A DNA stretch of 64,000 nucleotides, taken from Thermoproteota archaeon. Its GTDB lineage: Archaea; Korarchaeota; Korarchaeia; Korarchaeales; Korarchaeaceae. The stretch covers positions 1 through 64,000 of the forward strand of contig JAOZFN010000005.1 in the NCBI GenBank assembly GCA_027492205.1, given 5' to 3'. The notes under the pieces are model-generated. The model made no database searches and had not been told where the DNA came from. It worked only from the letters and a program-made list of their open reading frames with translations. Positions within the stretch are counted from its first letter, which is position 1; every line of letters begins with the position of its first letter. Below are positions 10,394 to 18,805 of the stretch, in pieces. A program made the translations under genes and the position numbers.

Positions 10394-10678
10394 GTGGCCA
10401 GGTACTCCGTCAGCAGATTGGGAGGTCGGGGGGTAATTACGGATAGGGGTCTCGTGCTCGGAGAACTCGTCGACCTGGTTGTCGACGAGCTGTCGGGTAA
10501 GGCGATCTCCCTCGTCGTTGAGGAGGCGAAGGGCGCGGCCGGCTCTCTGACCAAGAAGCTGAAGAGGGATCGAGAGGGATACGTCCTCATCCCCTACTCA
10601 ACGGTGAAGTACATTCGCGAGATGATAGTCGTTGACGAGCGCCTTCTAAAACTCTACATAGCGACGAAGGGGGAGTAG
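10394..10678 (+). CDS. PRC-barrel domain protein (CdpB-like)
   Basis: VITDRGLVLGELVDLVVDELSGKAISLVV...IPYSTVKYI PRC-barrel pattern; GTG at 10394 chosen because the longer ORF overlaps the tRNA. Confidence 0.8.
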   Translation: MARYSVSRLGGRGVITDRGLVLGELVDLVVDELSGKAISLVVEEAKGAAGSLTKKLKRDREGYVLIPYSTVKYIREMIVVDERLLKLYIATKGE

Positions 10679-10681
10679 CCC

Positions 10682-10996
10682 CTAGGGCCCTCTAGACGCT
10701 CCCATCGTCGCCTCAACGGCTTCGTTCACCACCCTCGTTAGGGCCCTAGAGAGCCGGATGGCCTCATCCTCAACGTCATCTCCCGTAGAGTGCGCGAGTT
10801 CCTTCACCCTTCTCAGAATCTCCTGCACCCTTTCCCTGTTGGCAAGAACGTAGGACGCCGCCTCTGCTACGACCAATGCCATTTCAAGGAGAGATTGCAG
10901 GTCTAAGGAGCCGGCATTCCCCAGTAGCTCTGCTCGGAGCTTTCTCTTGAATGATAGGTGGGCCCAGAGCAGGTCATCTAGACGCTGATCCCGCAT
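10682..10996 (-). CDS. Hypothetical helical protein
   Basis: 104-aa ATG ORF filling the gap, divergent from the next gene. Confidence 0.55.
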   Translation of the reverse strand: MRDQRLDDLLWAHLSFKRKLRAELLGNAGSLDLQSLLEMALVVAEAASYVLANRERVQEILRRVKELAHSTGDDVEDEAIRLSRALTRVVNEAVEATMGASRGP

Positions 10997-11075
10997 CTCA
11001 ATCTTCAGGCCCTGAACAGACTAACGGTTTCTTCCGGCGAATAACTTTTAGTCCAGGGGGAGAAGTGGGCTGACG

Positions 11076-11444
11076 ATGAAGCTCCACGTCAAGCTAGTTG
11101 AGAGGAAAGAAGATCCAGTCGGTGGAGTAGCTACTCTGAGGTTCTCGGTTGAGTCCCCCGTGAAGGGAGCCCTCTCGATCGAGGTTCCACTCGGTCTTGC
11201 CCGAAGACTCTCAGAGAGATATGAGGGAGAGGCCCTTTTGCTGGAGGAGAAGCCCCCTTCCAGTGAGGGGGATCTTCTAATGAATGCTGTGGTCTACCAG
11301 TCTGACGAGAACTCCCTTCGAGCGTCCGCATACGGCCTACTAGTGATCCTGGAGCTTAAGGGTCGGGTGGCGGATCTGGCCAATTTCTCTAGGGGGGCCG
11401 AGGTCCACTTTCTGCTGAGAGACATCGTCAGCGAGAGCCCCTGA
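11076..11444 (+). CDS. Probable RNA polymerase subunit Rpo8 (RpoG/Rpb8 ortholog)
   Basis: 122 aa; DLLMNAVVYQ...ASAYGLLV resembles Rpb8 DYVMYGKVY...SFGGLLM. Confidence 0.65.
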   Translation: MKLHVKLVERKEDPVGGVATLRFSVESPVKGALSIEVPLGLARRLSERYEGEALLLEEKPPSSEGDLLMNAVVYQSDENSLRASAYGLLVILELKGRVADLANFSRGAEVHFLLRDIVSESP

Positions 11445-11450
11445 CTCGCA

Positions 11451-11502
11451 GGAAACTTTTGAGAAATTTTCCTAAATTTTTCTCCATAATTCACAATAAT
11501 AT
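11451..11502 (+). promoter_or_regulatory. AT-rich promoter with phased A/T tracts and ANTTTC motifs
   Basis: GGAAACTTTT-GAGAAATTTT-CCTAAATTTT with about 10-bp period, then AATAATATC before ATG 11521. Confidence 0.5.
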
Positions 11503-11520
11503 CCTCTCAGCTCCCTCAAC

Positions 11521-12279
11521 ATGGAGGGGGGCTTGCCTCCATCGTCCTGCGAGTGGCAGCTGTCGTCCTCCGTAGATCCCTACGGAAGTTACTCTGACCT
11601 AGCAAACCACTACCCGCTCGCTTGGAGGAGAAGAGAACACTTACCCCGGTGGCTCTCTGAGGTAGTAAGCGAGCTGGACGCACCTCCGCGACTTTTGGAC
11701 CTGGCTAAGGCGATTATCTCGGGCTTACCAAAAAGCCTCCACGGGAGAAGGAGGGGGTACCTCTACCTGGCGTCTTTGGTCGTGGCAAGCAGAATTCTCG
11801 GAACTCCGTTAACGCTGAAGACCGTTTCACAGGCTGCCGCCAGCGTGGGGCTCAGGGTAAGCCCCAAGAAACTTGCGATCATGGTGGGTGAGGTATCTTC
11901 GGCTTGCAGGTCACCTGTAATCGACAGCAGGTCGGTGAGGCAATACATATCCTCCATAGTATCCCACCTCAAGCGGGATCCCGCCCTTCAATCTATCCTG
12001 CATGACCTGTTCGGCGAACATTGGGGCGTCGCTCTTGACAGGCTCCACGTGAAGTCACTCGAGCTGCTTAAGGTGACGGGCAAGGTCACGAGGTTGGAAC
12101 TCGCCGGCAAGAGCCCGGCAGTCACGGCAGCGGCGACCGTGTGGCTCACGGCTAGGACTCTGGGATTGAGGTTCATAACACAGGAGAGGGTGGCACGCGC
12201 CGCAGGCGTGAGCTCCTCGGCGCTGAGAAAGCGGACTAAACTCCTCCTGCAGGGGTCGGAGGCGGCCAAATTTGCCTGA
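11521..12279 (+). CDS. Divergent TFB paralog (two cyclin-like repeats, no Zn ribbon)
   Basis: GRRRGYLYLASLVVASRILGTPLTL and GKSPAVTAAATVWL...ITQERVARAAGVSSSALRKR; no CxxC pairs. Confidence 0.75.
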   Translation: MEGGLPPSSCEWQLSSSVDPYGSYSDLANHYPLAWRRREHLPRWLSEVVSELDAPPRLLDLAKAIISGLPKSLHGRRRGYLYLASLVVASRILGTPLTLKTVSQAAASVGLRVSPKKLAIMVGEVSSACRSPVIDSRSVRQYISSIVSHLKRDPALQSILHDLFGEHWGVALDRLHVKSLELLKVTGKVTRLELAGKSPAVTAAATVWLTARTLGLRFITQERVARAAGVSSSALRKRTKLLLQGSEAAKFA

Positions 12280-13948
12280 GAGAGGCAAAAATATTCCGTA
12301 CCTTCTCGTGGCCCTTGTGGTGGTCAACGAGCTGCGGAAAAAGCTGGCACGCGGTGTTCAACTCTCTTGGGACCTTTCTTCCGAGACGCTGCTGTCGGTC
12401 GTGCCCATATTGCTACCCACAGCTCTAATTACCGGACTCTTGGCACTACTCGCCAGGTCTAGACTCCGCGGTCAGGAGGCGGCCCTTCATGCATACGTCC
12501 TCACACCCAAGGACTTCCGAAGTAAGGCCGAAGTGGACGTTACACTCATTCACCAGGTTCTGGAGGCAACAGGGCTAGAAGGACACCTCCTCCAGCGCTT
12601 GGGTTCATCCGGCCCGTCGGCCCCTATTCTCGCCGTAGCTGAGCACGGGGAAAAGGGGGCCATCTCAGCCAAGGCGGCCCTGTCCGCCCTTCGAAGCGTA
12701 CTTGGACGCGACCTTGAAGTTGTTGACATGGGTAGGCGGACTTGGCCTGATCTTTTGACGTATAGACGCAAGCCCGGGACTCCTTCTACCCCAAGGCTCA
12801 GGCTGCCCAGTGTCGAGGTGGGCAAGCGCTCGCCGGCAGTGCTCCTTGGGTATGATGGAGGGAGAAGGCCCGTAAGGCTGCCGGTGAATCTGATCTCTAA
12901 ACACATCCTTCTAATGGGGAGGACTGGTTCTGGAAAGTCAACCACTGCGATGGCTATATGTGAGAGACTGTGGTCTGACTACGGCATCCCGTTTTTGGTA
13001 CTGGATCACCACAACGAATACACTGGTATTGTGACGAGGTTAGGAGGATCTGTCGTCGGCGCCTCCGGTGGCCCTTCCCTGAACGTCTTCAGGGGGATCG
13101 CATCCAATCCGCAGGGGGCCGACATGTACGTAGAGGTTCTACGAGATGCCCTTAGCCTCACCCCCTCCCAGACTTTCATAGTCCACAGGTGCCTCTCAAG
13201 CGCCCTGAGGGCGAGTCTAGGCGAAGACCCAACGTTGGCCGATTTGATGGACGAGGTATCCGAATATAGGGAGAGAAGTGGGCCAGAGATGGAGAGCAAG
13301 CTGGCGCTTCTCAGGAAGCTGGAGCCTCTCGTCGAAGGAGAGGGAAGAGCCCATCTTCTGGTTGAGAGATTTCCTAACGTCAGCCAGCTGGACAGGCCAA
13401 CCTCCATACTTCTAGGGGGCGTGGAGTCCGATACGGTAAGGGACCTCCTAGTTCACGTGATCCTGAAGAGGGTCTACGACAGCGCAAAGGCGTGGGGACT
13501 CGGATCTCCGCTCCGGCAGGTGGTGCTGGTTGAAGAGGGAGAGCGCGTCCTACCCACGATCTCAGATGAGAGGGGCGCCACAGTAACTGACAAGATGCTT
13601 GGGGAACTGAGGAAGTTTGGGGTGGGCATGATGATAGTGACTCAGGCCCCCCACGCCCTCTCGAGAAGCGCCATGAGGAACTCGGCCATCAAGGTGATCC
13701 ACGCACTTGGATCCCCCAGAGATTTTCAAATCCTGAAACCCCTCCTCTCCCCCCTGAAGGATGGTGAGAACGTTCCAGCAAGCGCTATCTTCACCCTCAG
13801 ACCAGGTGAAGCCGTCGTGATCATGGAGGGCAGACCCGCTCCAGTGAGGTGTACGGTGGCTCCGCCCTCGGTCGAGGCCACACCCATAACGGATAGAGAA
13901 CTCACCATTCTCGCTCAAATGGCCCCCTCGTTTCACACGCTGGAGTGA
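12272..13948 (+). CDS. Membrane-anchored HerA/VirB4/FtsK-family ATPase (DUF87, CedB-like)
   Basis: N-terminal hydrophobic segments; HILLMGRTGSGKST, LDHHNEY, VLVEEG, ELRKFGVGMMIVTQ. Confidence 0.82.
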   Translation: MPERGKNIPYLLVALVVVNELRKKLARGVQLSWDLSSETLLSVVPILLPTALITGLLALLARSRLRGQEAALHAYVLTPKDFRSKAEVDVTLIHQVLEATGLEGHLLQRLGSSGPSAPILAVAEHGEKGAISAKAALSALRSVLGRDLEVVDMGRRTWPDLLTYRRKPGTPSTPRLRLPSVEVGKRSPAVLLGYDGGRRPVRLPVNLISKHILLMGRTGSGKSTTAMAICERLWSDYGIPFLVLDHHNEYTGIVTRLGGSVVGASGGPSLNVFRGIASNPQGADMYVEVLRDALSLTPSQTFIVHRCLSSALRASLGEDPTLADLMDEVSEYRERSGPEMESKLALLRKLEPLVEGEGRAHLLVERFPNVSQLDRPTSILLGGVESDTVRDLLVHVILKRVYDSAKAWGLGSPLRQVVLVEEGERVLPTISDERGATVTDKMLGELRKFGVGMMIVTQAPHALSRSAMRNSAIKVIHALGSPRDFQILKPLLSPLKDGENVPASAIFTLRPGEAVVIMEGRPAPVRCTVAPPSVEATPITDRELTILAQMAPSFHTLE

Positions 13949-13965
13949 AGGAGTTGATTCCAAGC

Positions 13966-14559
13966 CTATGGATCCCTCGCCTTAAGCCTCTGGATCACCA
14001 GCGGGCCCCTCGGCCAGCGAATCGGCGGACTCTGGACAACCTCCTTCCGAATCGCCTCCAAGATCCCGTCGGCCACCTCCTCCGGGGAAATTCGTGAGGT
14101 ATCTACCTCCAGCAATGGCTTTCCTGGGAGGTGGTGTCTGGCAGACGTTCCGCAGAAGTCCACGATCTCGGCCTCTAAGTTCTCAATGACCTTGGGCTTC
14201 TCGTACTTCCTACTAAGGAGCCTCCCCGCGAGCGCCTCCGGATTGCACCTCAGAACAACCACGAAGCTCACATGATCTGCCGGCACCGCCTCCGGATAGG
14301 TCGTGGAGACAATCACCCACCCATCCCTCTCTGAGAGTTCCCGACGGAGAGCGGTTCTCAGACCATCAATATCGAGTATCTGAACCCCTCTGTCCTCATC
14401 TGCTCCGACGACCAGCCCCTTCTCAATAGCGAATATGTTGACTTCGATGACCTCACCACCGAGTTTCTCAGCTAGTATCCTAGAGACCGTGCTCTTCCCA
14501 GACCCGGGAACTCCCGTGACTAGAATTACTGGCAAGTTCGGGGCCGCGAGGAGGTTCAA
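13966..14559 (-). CDS. Adenylate kinase AK6/Fap7 family
   Basis: ILVTGVPGSGKST, VVVLRCNP, KVIENLEAE. Confidence 0.88.
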   Translation of the reverse strand: MNLLAAPNLPVILVTGVPGSGKSTVSRILAEKLGGEVIEVNIFAIEKGLVVGADEDRGVQILDIDGLRTALRRELSERDGWVIVSTTYPEAVPADHVSFVVVLRCNPEALAGRLLSRKYEKPKVIENLEAEIVDFCGTSARHHLPGKPLLEVDTSRISPEEVADGILEAIRKEVVQSPPIRWPRGPLVIQRLKARDP

Positions 14560-14593
14560 TTTTTATATAGCCTCCCTCTCCCAACGAAGTCGG

Positions 14594-14671
14594 GCTCCGG
14601 TGGTGTAGCCAGGCCAAGCATAGGGGCCTCTCGAGCCCCAGACCCGGGTTCAAATCCCGGCCGGAGCACCA
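14594..14671 (+). tRNA. tRNA-Glu(CTC)
   Basis: GCTCCGG..GGGGC-CTCTCGA-GCCCC..TTCAAAT..CCGGAGC-A-CCA. Confidence 0.96.
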
Positions 14672-14707
14672 TCCTATTTCTTTGCGGTATCCTCTGTTCC
14701 CCTAGCT

Positions 14708-15097
14708 TCAGTAGGGCAGGGGGCCAAACAGAGAGTAGATCGGGTGAAATCCGTAGTGCCTTGAGATGAGGAGCCAGAGCGAGATGGCAACCATGATCGC
14801 GATCACCGACCTGACCCGCCTTCTCTGCGCGATGGGAATCGAAAGTATTAATCCAGAAATCAGGATCATTAGACCGTAGAACAGGCGCATGATGCTCTCA
14901 GCGCTAAGCATCCAGAGGATAGCCGCCCACACCCCGAACTCGCCTATCAGGAGGCCTACTCCGATCGCCAACCCCCCCACTATGGCCCCATAGATCCCCT
15001 CAATCAGAACGATCCTTGCCGAGAATGGGAGTTCCAGCCTGGGTCTGGCTCGGGCCCTCCAACTGCGTCTTTTCAGCCTTCTCCTACGGGTATACAT
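14708..15097 (-). CDS. Small integral membrane protein
   Basis: Basic N-terminus then 3-4 hydrophobic helices; ATG immediately after the pyrH stop. Confidence 0.6.
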   Translation of the reverse strand: MYTRRRRLKRRSWRARARPRLELPFSARIVLIEGIYGAIVGGLAIGVGLLIGEFGVWAAILWMLSAESIMRLFYGLMILISGLILSIPIAQRRRVRSVIAIMVAISLWLLISRHYGFHPIYSLFGPLPY

Positions 15098-15099
15098 AG

Positions 15100-15780
15100 T
15101 CAATCTCCCCCCACAACCGTACCCACCTTTTTTCCCTCGACAGCGTCCAGCAGGAGCCGGGGCCTCAACCCATCTAAAACGATGCATCGAATGGATGACC
15201 TTTCAAGGACCTTGATCGCGATAGGATCTAAGAGTTCGTACCCGCCTGGCTCGAACCGATGTCTCGCCACGATCTCTCTGAGACCCTCGTAGGAGACCCT
15301 CTCCAAGAGAGTGGCCCCGGGCTCGGAAGGAGGTCGATCAAATATCCCGGGCGCGCCAGTGGCCTTGACAAGCATGGAAGCGCCCACGAACTCGGATACC
15401 ACCGCCGCCACGGCATCTGTAGATTGGGCCGGGGCAATCCCCCCCAGCACGACTACGGGGCTCAATTTGAGTGCTGATACGACCTCCTCGTAGCTCTCCG
15501 GTACCGTCGGGTGGGCAATTTCGCCGAGAGCCGCCACCATGATCGAGGCGTTGAGCCTGGTAGCCAGAATCCCTATTTCATCAAGAAAGGCCTTGTTCGC
15601 CCCAAACCCCTCCGCCAGGCCTATATACCTCCTCGCAAGTCGCCCACCACCGGCGACGACGACAACACTCATTCCTCGCTTAACCAGGTTCGAAATAACG
15701 CCTCTGTACTCCTCCAGGATCGATGGGTCCTTGAGGCTCCTATCGAACACTACGCCGCCGAGCAGGAGCGTGATTATCAT
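15100..15780 (-). CDS. pyrH: Uridylate kinase
   Basis: LGG, VAGGGRLARRYI, DEIGILATRLNA, PAQSTDAVAA. Confidence 0.93.
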   Translation of the reverse strand: MIITLLLGGVVFDRSLKDPSILEEYRGVISNLVKRGMSVVVVAGGGRLARRYIGLAEGFGANKAFLDEIGILATRLNASIMVAALGEIAHPTVPESYEEVVSALKLSPVVVLGGIAPAQSTDAVAAVVSEFVGASMLVKATGAPGIFDRPPSEPGATLLERVSYEGLREIVARHRFEPGGYELLDPIAIKVLERSSIRCIVLDGLRPRLLLDAVEGKKVGTVVGGD

Positions 15781-15823
15781 ACCACGCCGCGCCGACCGGC
15801 CCTTCCATTAAATAATGGGATCG

Positions 15824-16807
15824 CTACCTGCCGTCGAACCTGATGGGCTTCTCCAGCTTACTCAGCAAGACGACCCTGCTTTCGGGTACCTCGGAGAGAA
15901 TCCTGTATCCGGTCTTCTCAGCCAGAGCCTCGGCGAACTCTCGCACCTCCGCGTGAGATGGCATGTTCTCCCTTGAGAGCCTTCTCCTCGAGTAGCCCAC
16001 GTACATGTAGGCCTTGGGCTCCACGTAGGTGGGCTCGTATTTCTCAATGAGCTTCGCCCACTCCTCAGGCTTATCCATATTCAGCCCCTTGATAGCCGTA
16101 ATCCTCATCACGGTCGGCGCGGAAAGCGACTGAATGAGTTCAAGGGTCCTGTTCAACCGCTGCCACGCGTCAGGTATTAGAGGCCTGGTTATCCGCTTGT
16201 AGAGACCTTCTTCGTACGCCGGTACCGTGACGTAGAGCTGCGTCGGCTCCCTCTCTATGGACTCCAACCTCTCCGGGAGGGTTCCATTGGTGACTATGAA
16301 AGTGGTCATCCCCCTACTCCTGTACTCGTCCACGAGCCCCCCGATGTGTGGGTAGAGCATTGGCTCTCCGGTTAGAGATATCGCTGCGTGTTTGGGCACC
16401 TCCGCCTCCCTGAGCCACCTCTCGCTGAACACCCTGACGCCCTTGTAACCCTGGACGAGCACCCTGTGGATCCTTATGCTCTCCTCGGCGATGTCCTCGG
16501 GGTCGTCCCACCTCGCACCCTCGTCTGGTATCTCCTTCCACCTGAAATCCGTCGGCATGTCACTCGCGTTCAGCCTCCAGCAGTAGAGGCACTGCAGGTT
16601 GCAGAACGAAGCGGCAGGAGTCATTTGGAGGCAGCTCCAAGTCGCGATGCCGAAGAACTTGTTCTTGTAGCAAGTCCTGCCGCGCATCAGAGCCTCCCGG
16701 AACCAGTAGCACGGCTTGACGGCAGAGTGATTGAGCACGAACTTGTATCCCTGCTTCTCCATCAGCTCCTTAACGTGGTCCGGAACCCTCACGACATCGT
16801 TGACCAT
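15824..16807 (-). CDS. taw1: 4-demethylwyosine synthase Taw1/TYW1 (radical SAM)
   Basis: HSAVKPCYW, CYKNKFFGI, CNLQCLYCWR, HAAISLTGEP, KAYMYVGYSR. Confidence 0.95.
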   Translation of the reverse strand: MVNDVVRVPDHVKELMEKQGYKFVLNHSAVKPCYWFREALMRGRTCYKNKFFGIATWSCLQMTPAASFCNLQCLYCWRLNASDMPTDFRWKEIPDEGARWDDPEDIAEESIRIHRVLVQGYKGVRVFSERWLREAEVPKHAAISLTGEPMLYPHIGGLVDEYRSRGMTTFIVTNGTLPERLESIEREPTQLYVTVPAYEEGLYKRITRPLIPDAWQRLNRTLELIQSLSAPTVMRITAIKGLNMDKPEEWAKLIEKYEPTYVEPKAYMYVGYSRRRLSRENMPSHAEVREFAEALAEKTGYRILSEVPESRVVLLSKLEKPIRFDGR

Positions 16808-16863
16808 CGGGTTCGCGCAGGTAATCGAGGGAAAAATAAAGTGGACCAGCCTAGGCTTGGCCG

Positions 16864-17472
16864 ATGACGCGCATGCTCGAGAAAATAACTAAGGTAATAG
16901 ATCGCTGCGATCAACATCTGAAGGGGCTTGAGTATACCAGAGAGGAGTCCATCCGACTGTCGCGGGACCTCTTGAGGGACGCTAGGAAGGCCGTTTCGCT
17001 CGCCCACCGGGGTTGCCTACAAGAGGCGGAGGAAGTCGTACGAGCAGCATTCTCTCGGTACAACGCCTTTCTCGGCGGCCTGTCCGGAGATGCTCGTCAG
17101 CTGGCCTATGAGACCCTCGCACAGACCTCCCAGGAACTCGTTGAGGCCATCCTCGTCGTTAAGATGCTCTCAGGGACCGATCCACCCCATCCTGAAGACC
17201 TTAGCGTGGGGTGTCGAGAGTACGTGCTCGGCCTCGCCGACGCGGCCCTAGAACTCAGAAGGGCGGCCCTTAACCTCCTCAACAGGGGCGATCTCGAGGG
17301 GGCTAGAGGGCTGGTCGCAGTCATGGAGGGGCTCATGGATCGCCTCTCCATGCTAGTCTATCCTGACGCCCTTCTCCCCGTTCGGCACAAAGTTGACACT
17401 TTGAGGGCCCTGATTGACAGGACCAAGTCGGACATACTCTACTCGTCGGGAGGGGGGGCCATTGAAAGGTAG
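16864..17472 (+). CDS. Translin/TRAX (C3PO)-family protein
   Basis: REESIRLSRD, QELVEA, YVLGLAD...ELRR, RHKVD. Confidence 0.85.
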   Translation: MTRMLEKITKVIDRCDQHLKGLEYTREESIRLSRDLLRDARKAVSLAHRGCLQEAEEVVRAAFSRYNAFLGGLSGDARQLAYETLAQTSQELVEAILVVKMLSGTDPPHPEDLSVGCREYVLGLADAALELRRAALNLLNRGDLEGARGLVAVMEGLMDRLSMLVYPDALLPVRHKVDTLRALIDRTKSDILYSSGGGAIER

Positions 17473-18157
17473 GCAGGCCGCTCGGATGATCTACTTTCTA
17501 ATCTCCATGGCCAGGCTGGGCGCCGTCCGGGCGCCGGTCGAGGTGGCCAAGCTGAAGGTAGAGATGGGACTGCCGAGGACCACGCTAGCCAGGTGGATTG
17601 CCGAGGCCAGGTCTCAGGGACTTGTCGAGGTGCGGGGGGAGGGTAGGGTCAAGAGGGTTGAATTTACCAAAAAGGGCAGGGAACTCCTGAAGAAACTCTC
17701 CGAAGAACTTCAACTAGCGTTTGAGGAATTGGGATCTCCGGTGGAGATCACCGGAGTCGTCTTCAGCGGGATGGGGGAGGGCGCCTACTACGTCTCAAGA
17801 TCAGGATACAAGAGGGAATTCCTCAGGCTCTTAGGATACGAGCCGTTTCCGGGAACTCTCAACCTCCGTATAGCCTCTACTAGGGATCTTGAGGCCATTC
17901 GGAGGTGGAAAGTGTCCTCCACGCCTGTGGTGGTCCCAGCGTTTCGAGAGGGCGGCAGGACCTTCGGAGCCGTCAGGGTCTACAGGGTCTCCATACCCGG
18001 CTTTCAGCAACCGGTCCACGCAATTTACGCTGAAAGGAGACACTATTCAGACGACGTCCTAGAGCTGATCTCGCCTGAAAATCTGAGGGAGGTCCTCAAG
18101 CTTAGAGACGGCGACCCGCTTGTAGTCCGCCTGGAGCCCCAATTCAACGGAGATTGA
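17462..18157 (+). CDS. ribK: CTP-dependent riboflavin kinase with N-terminal HTH (RibK/RbkR)
   Basis: GVVFSGMGEGAYY, LGYEPFPGTLNL, ELISPENLR; wHTH N-terminus; start uncertain. Confidence 0.92.
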   Translation: MKGRQAARMIYFLISMARLGAVRAPVEVAKLKVEMGLPRTTLARWIAEARSQGLVEVRGEGRVKRVEFTKKGRELLKKLSEELQLAFEELGSPVEITGVVFSGMGEGAYYVSRSGYKREFLRLLGYEPFPGTLNLRIASTRDLEAIRRWKVSSTPVVVPAFREGGRTFGAVRVYRVSIPGFQQPVHAIYAERRHYSDDVLELISPENLREVLKLRDGDPLVVRLEPQFNGD

Positions 18158-18163
18158 GGTGGT

Positions 18164-18239
18164 TGGTGGGCCGGGTGGGACTCGAACCCACGACCTCCGC
18201 CGTGTGAGGGCGGCGTCATAGCCGCTAGACCACCGGCCC
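18164..18239 (-). tRNA. tRNA-Val(CAC)
   Basis: Minus-strand cloverleaf, CCGCC-CTCACAC-GGCGG, encoded CCA. Confidence 0.96.
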
Positions 18240-18287
18240 AGCGCGGGTGATCTGCGGCCAGGCGAGTATTAAGCTCTACTGTCCAGA

Positions 18288-18357
18288 GCGGGGGGTCACT
18301 ACTCAAGATCCTCCTCACCCCTGAATTCAGCGGCTTCGCTAGCTCATCCCTCCCCGC
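18288..18357 (-). ncRNA. C/D-box methylation guide sRNA
   Basis: Minus strand: C GGGATGA, guide GCTAGCGAAGCCG, D' CTGA, C' GTGAGGA, guide GGATCTTGAGTA, D GTGA; terminal stem GCGGGG/CCCCGC; D guide complementary to tRNA-Leu(CAA). Confidence 0.8.
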
Positions 18358-18415
18358 CCACTAGCCTCTCTAGGAGTGGGGATATTAAATACACTCAAGG
18401 GCCTCTGCTCGAGAG

Positions 18416-18805
18416 ATGGACCGAAAGGAATTGATTAGGACCTTCGCCAAGGCTCTCACAGACGTCAGCCGCGGTGAAGACAGGTCAAGAGCAACCGAGG
18501 TTCTTCAGACCGCCTTAAGAGATGCCGAGGAATCCGCCTCTTTGGAAGAAGGTGAGATTCAGGCCCTCCGAGGGATTATAGAGGCCCTTGGGGGCAGGTG
18601 GCCCTCTTCCTTCACTCACAAGTTGATCGCCGCCGCGGGCGACGGCGAACTACTCCGCCTCCTCCAAGAGCGCCTCGACACTTGGTCAGAAGACATCACA
18701 GAGCTCACGCCTAAAGAGGCTCAGTATATCTCTCTGTGGTCGGAGCTGATTGAGGAATTGCGGTCAATCGCGATTCCTATGGAGGAAGAAGGTCAATCAG
18801 ACTGA
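18416..18805 (+). CDS. Hypothetical helical protein
   Basis: 129-aa ATG ORF with TATA-like ATATTAAAT about 25 nt upstream. Confidence 0.6.
   Translation: MDRKELIRTFAKALTDVSRGEDRSRATEVLQTALRDAEESASLEEGEIQALRGIIEALGGRWPSSFTHKLIAAAGDGELLRLLQERLDTWSEDITELTPKEAQYISLWSELIEELRSIAIPMEEEGQSD

Noticed and set aside
14708-15097. Membrane protein as the CedA partner of the HerA-like ATPase
   Set aside because: Opposite strand, coupled to pyrH, and no recognisable CedA similarity
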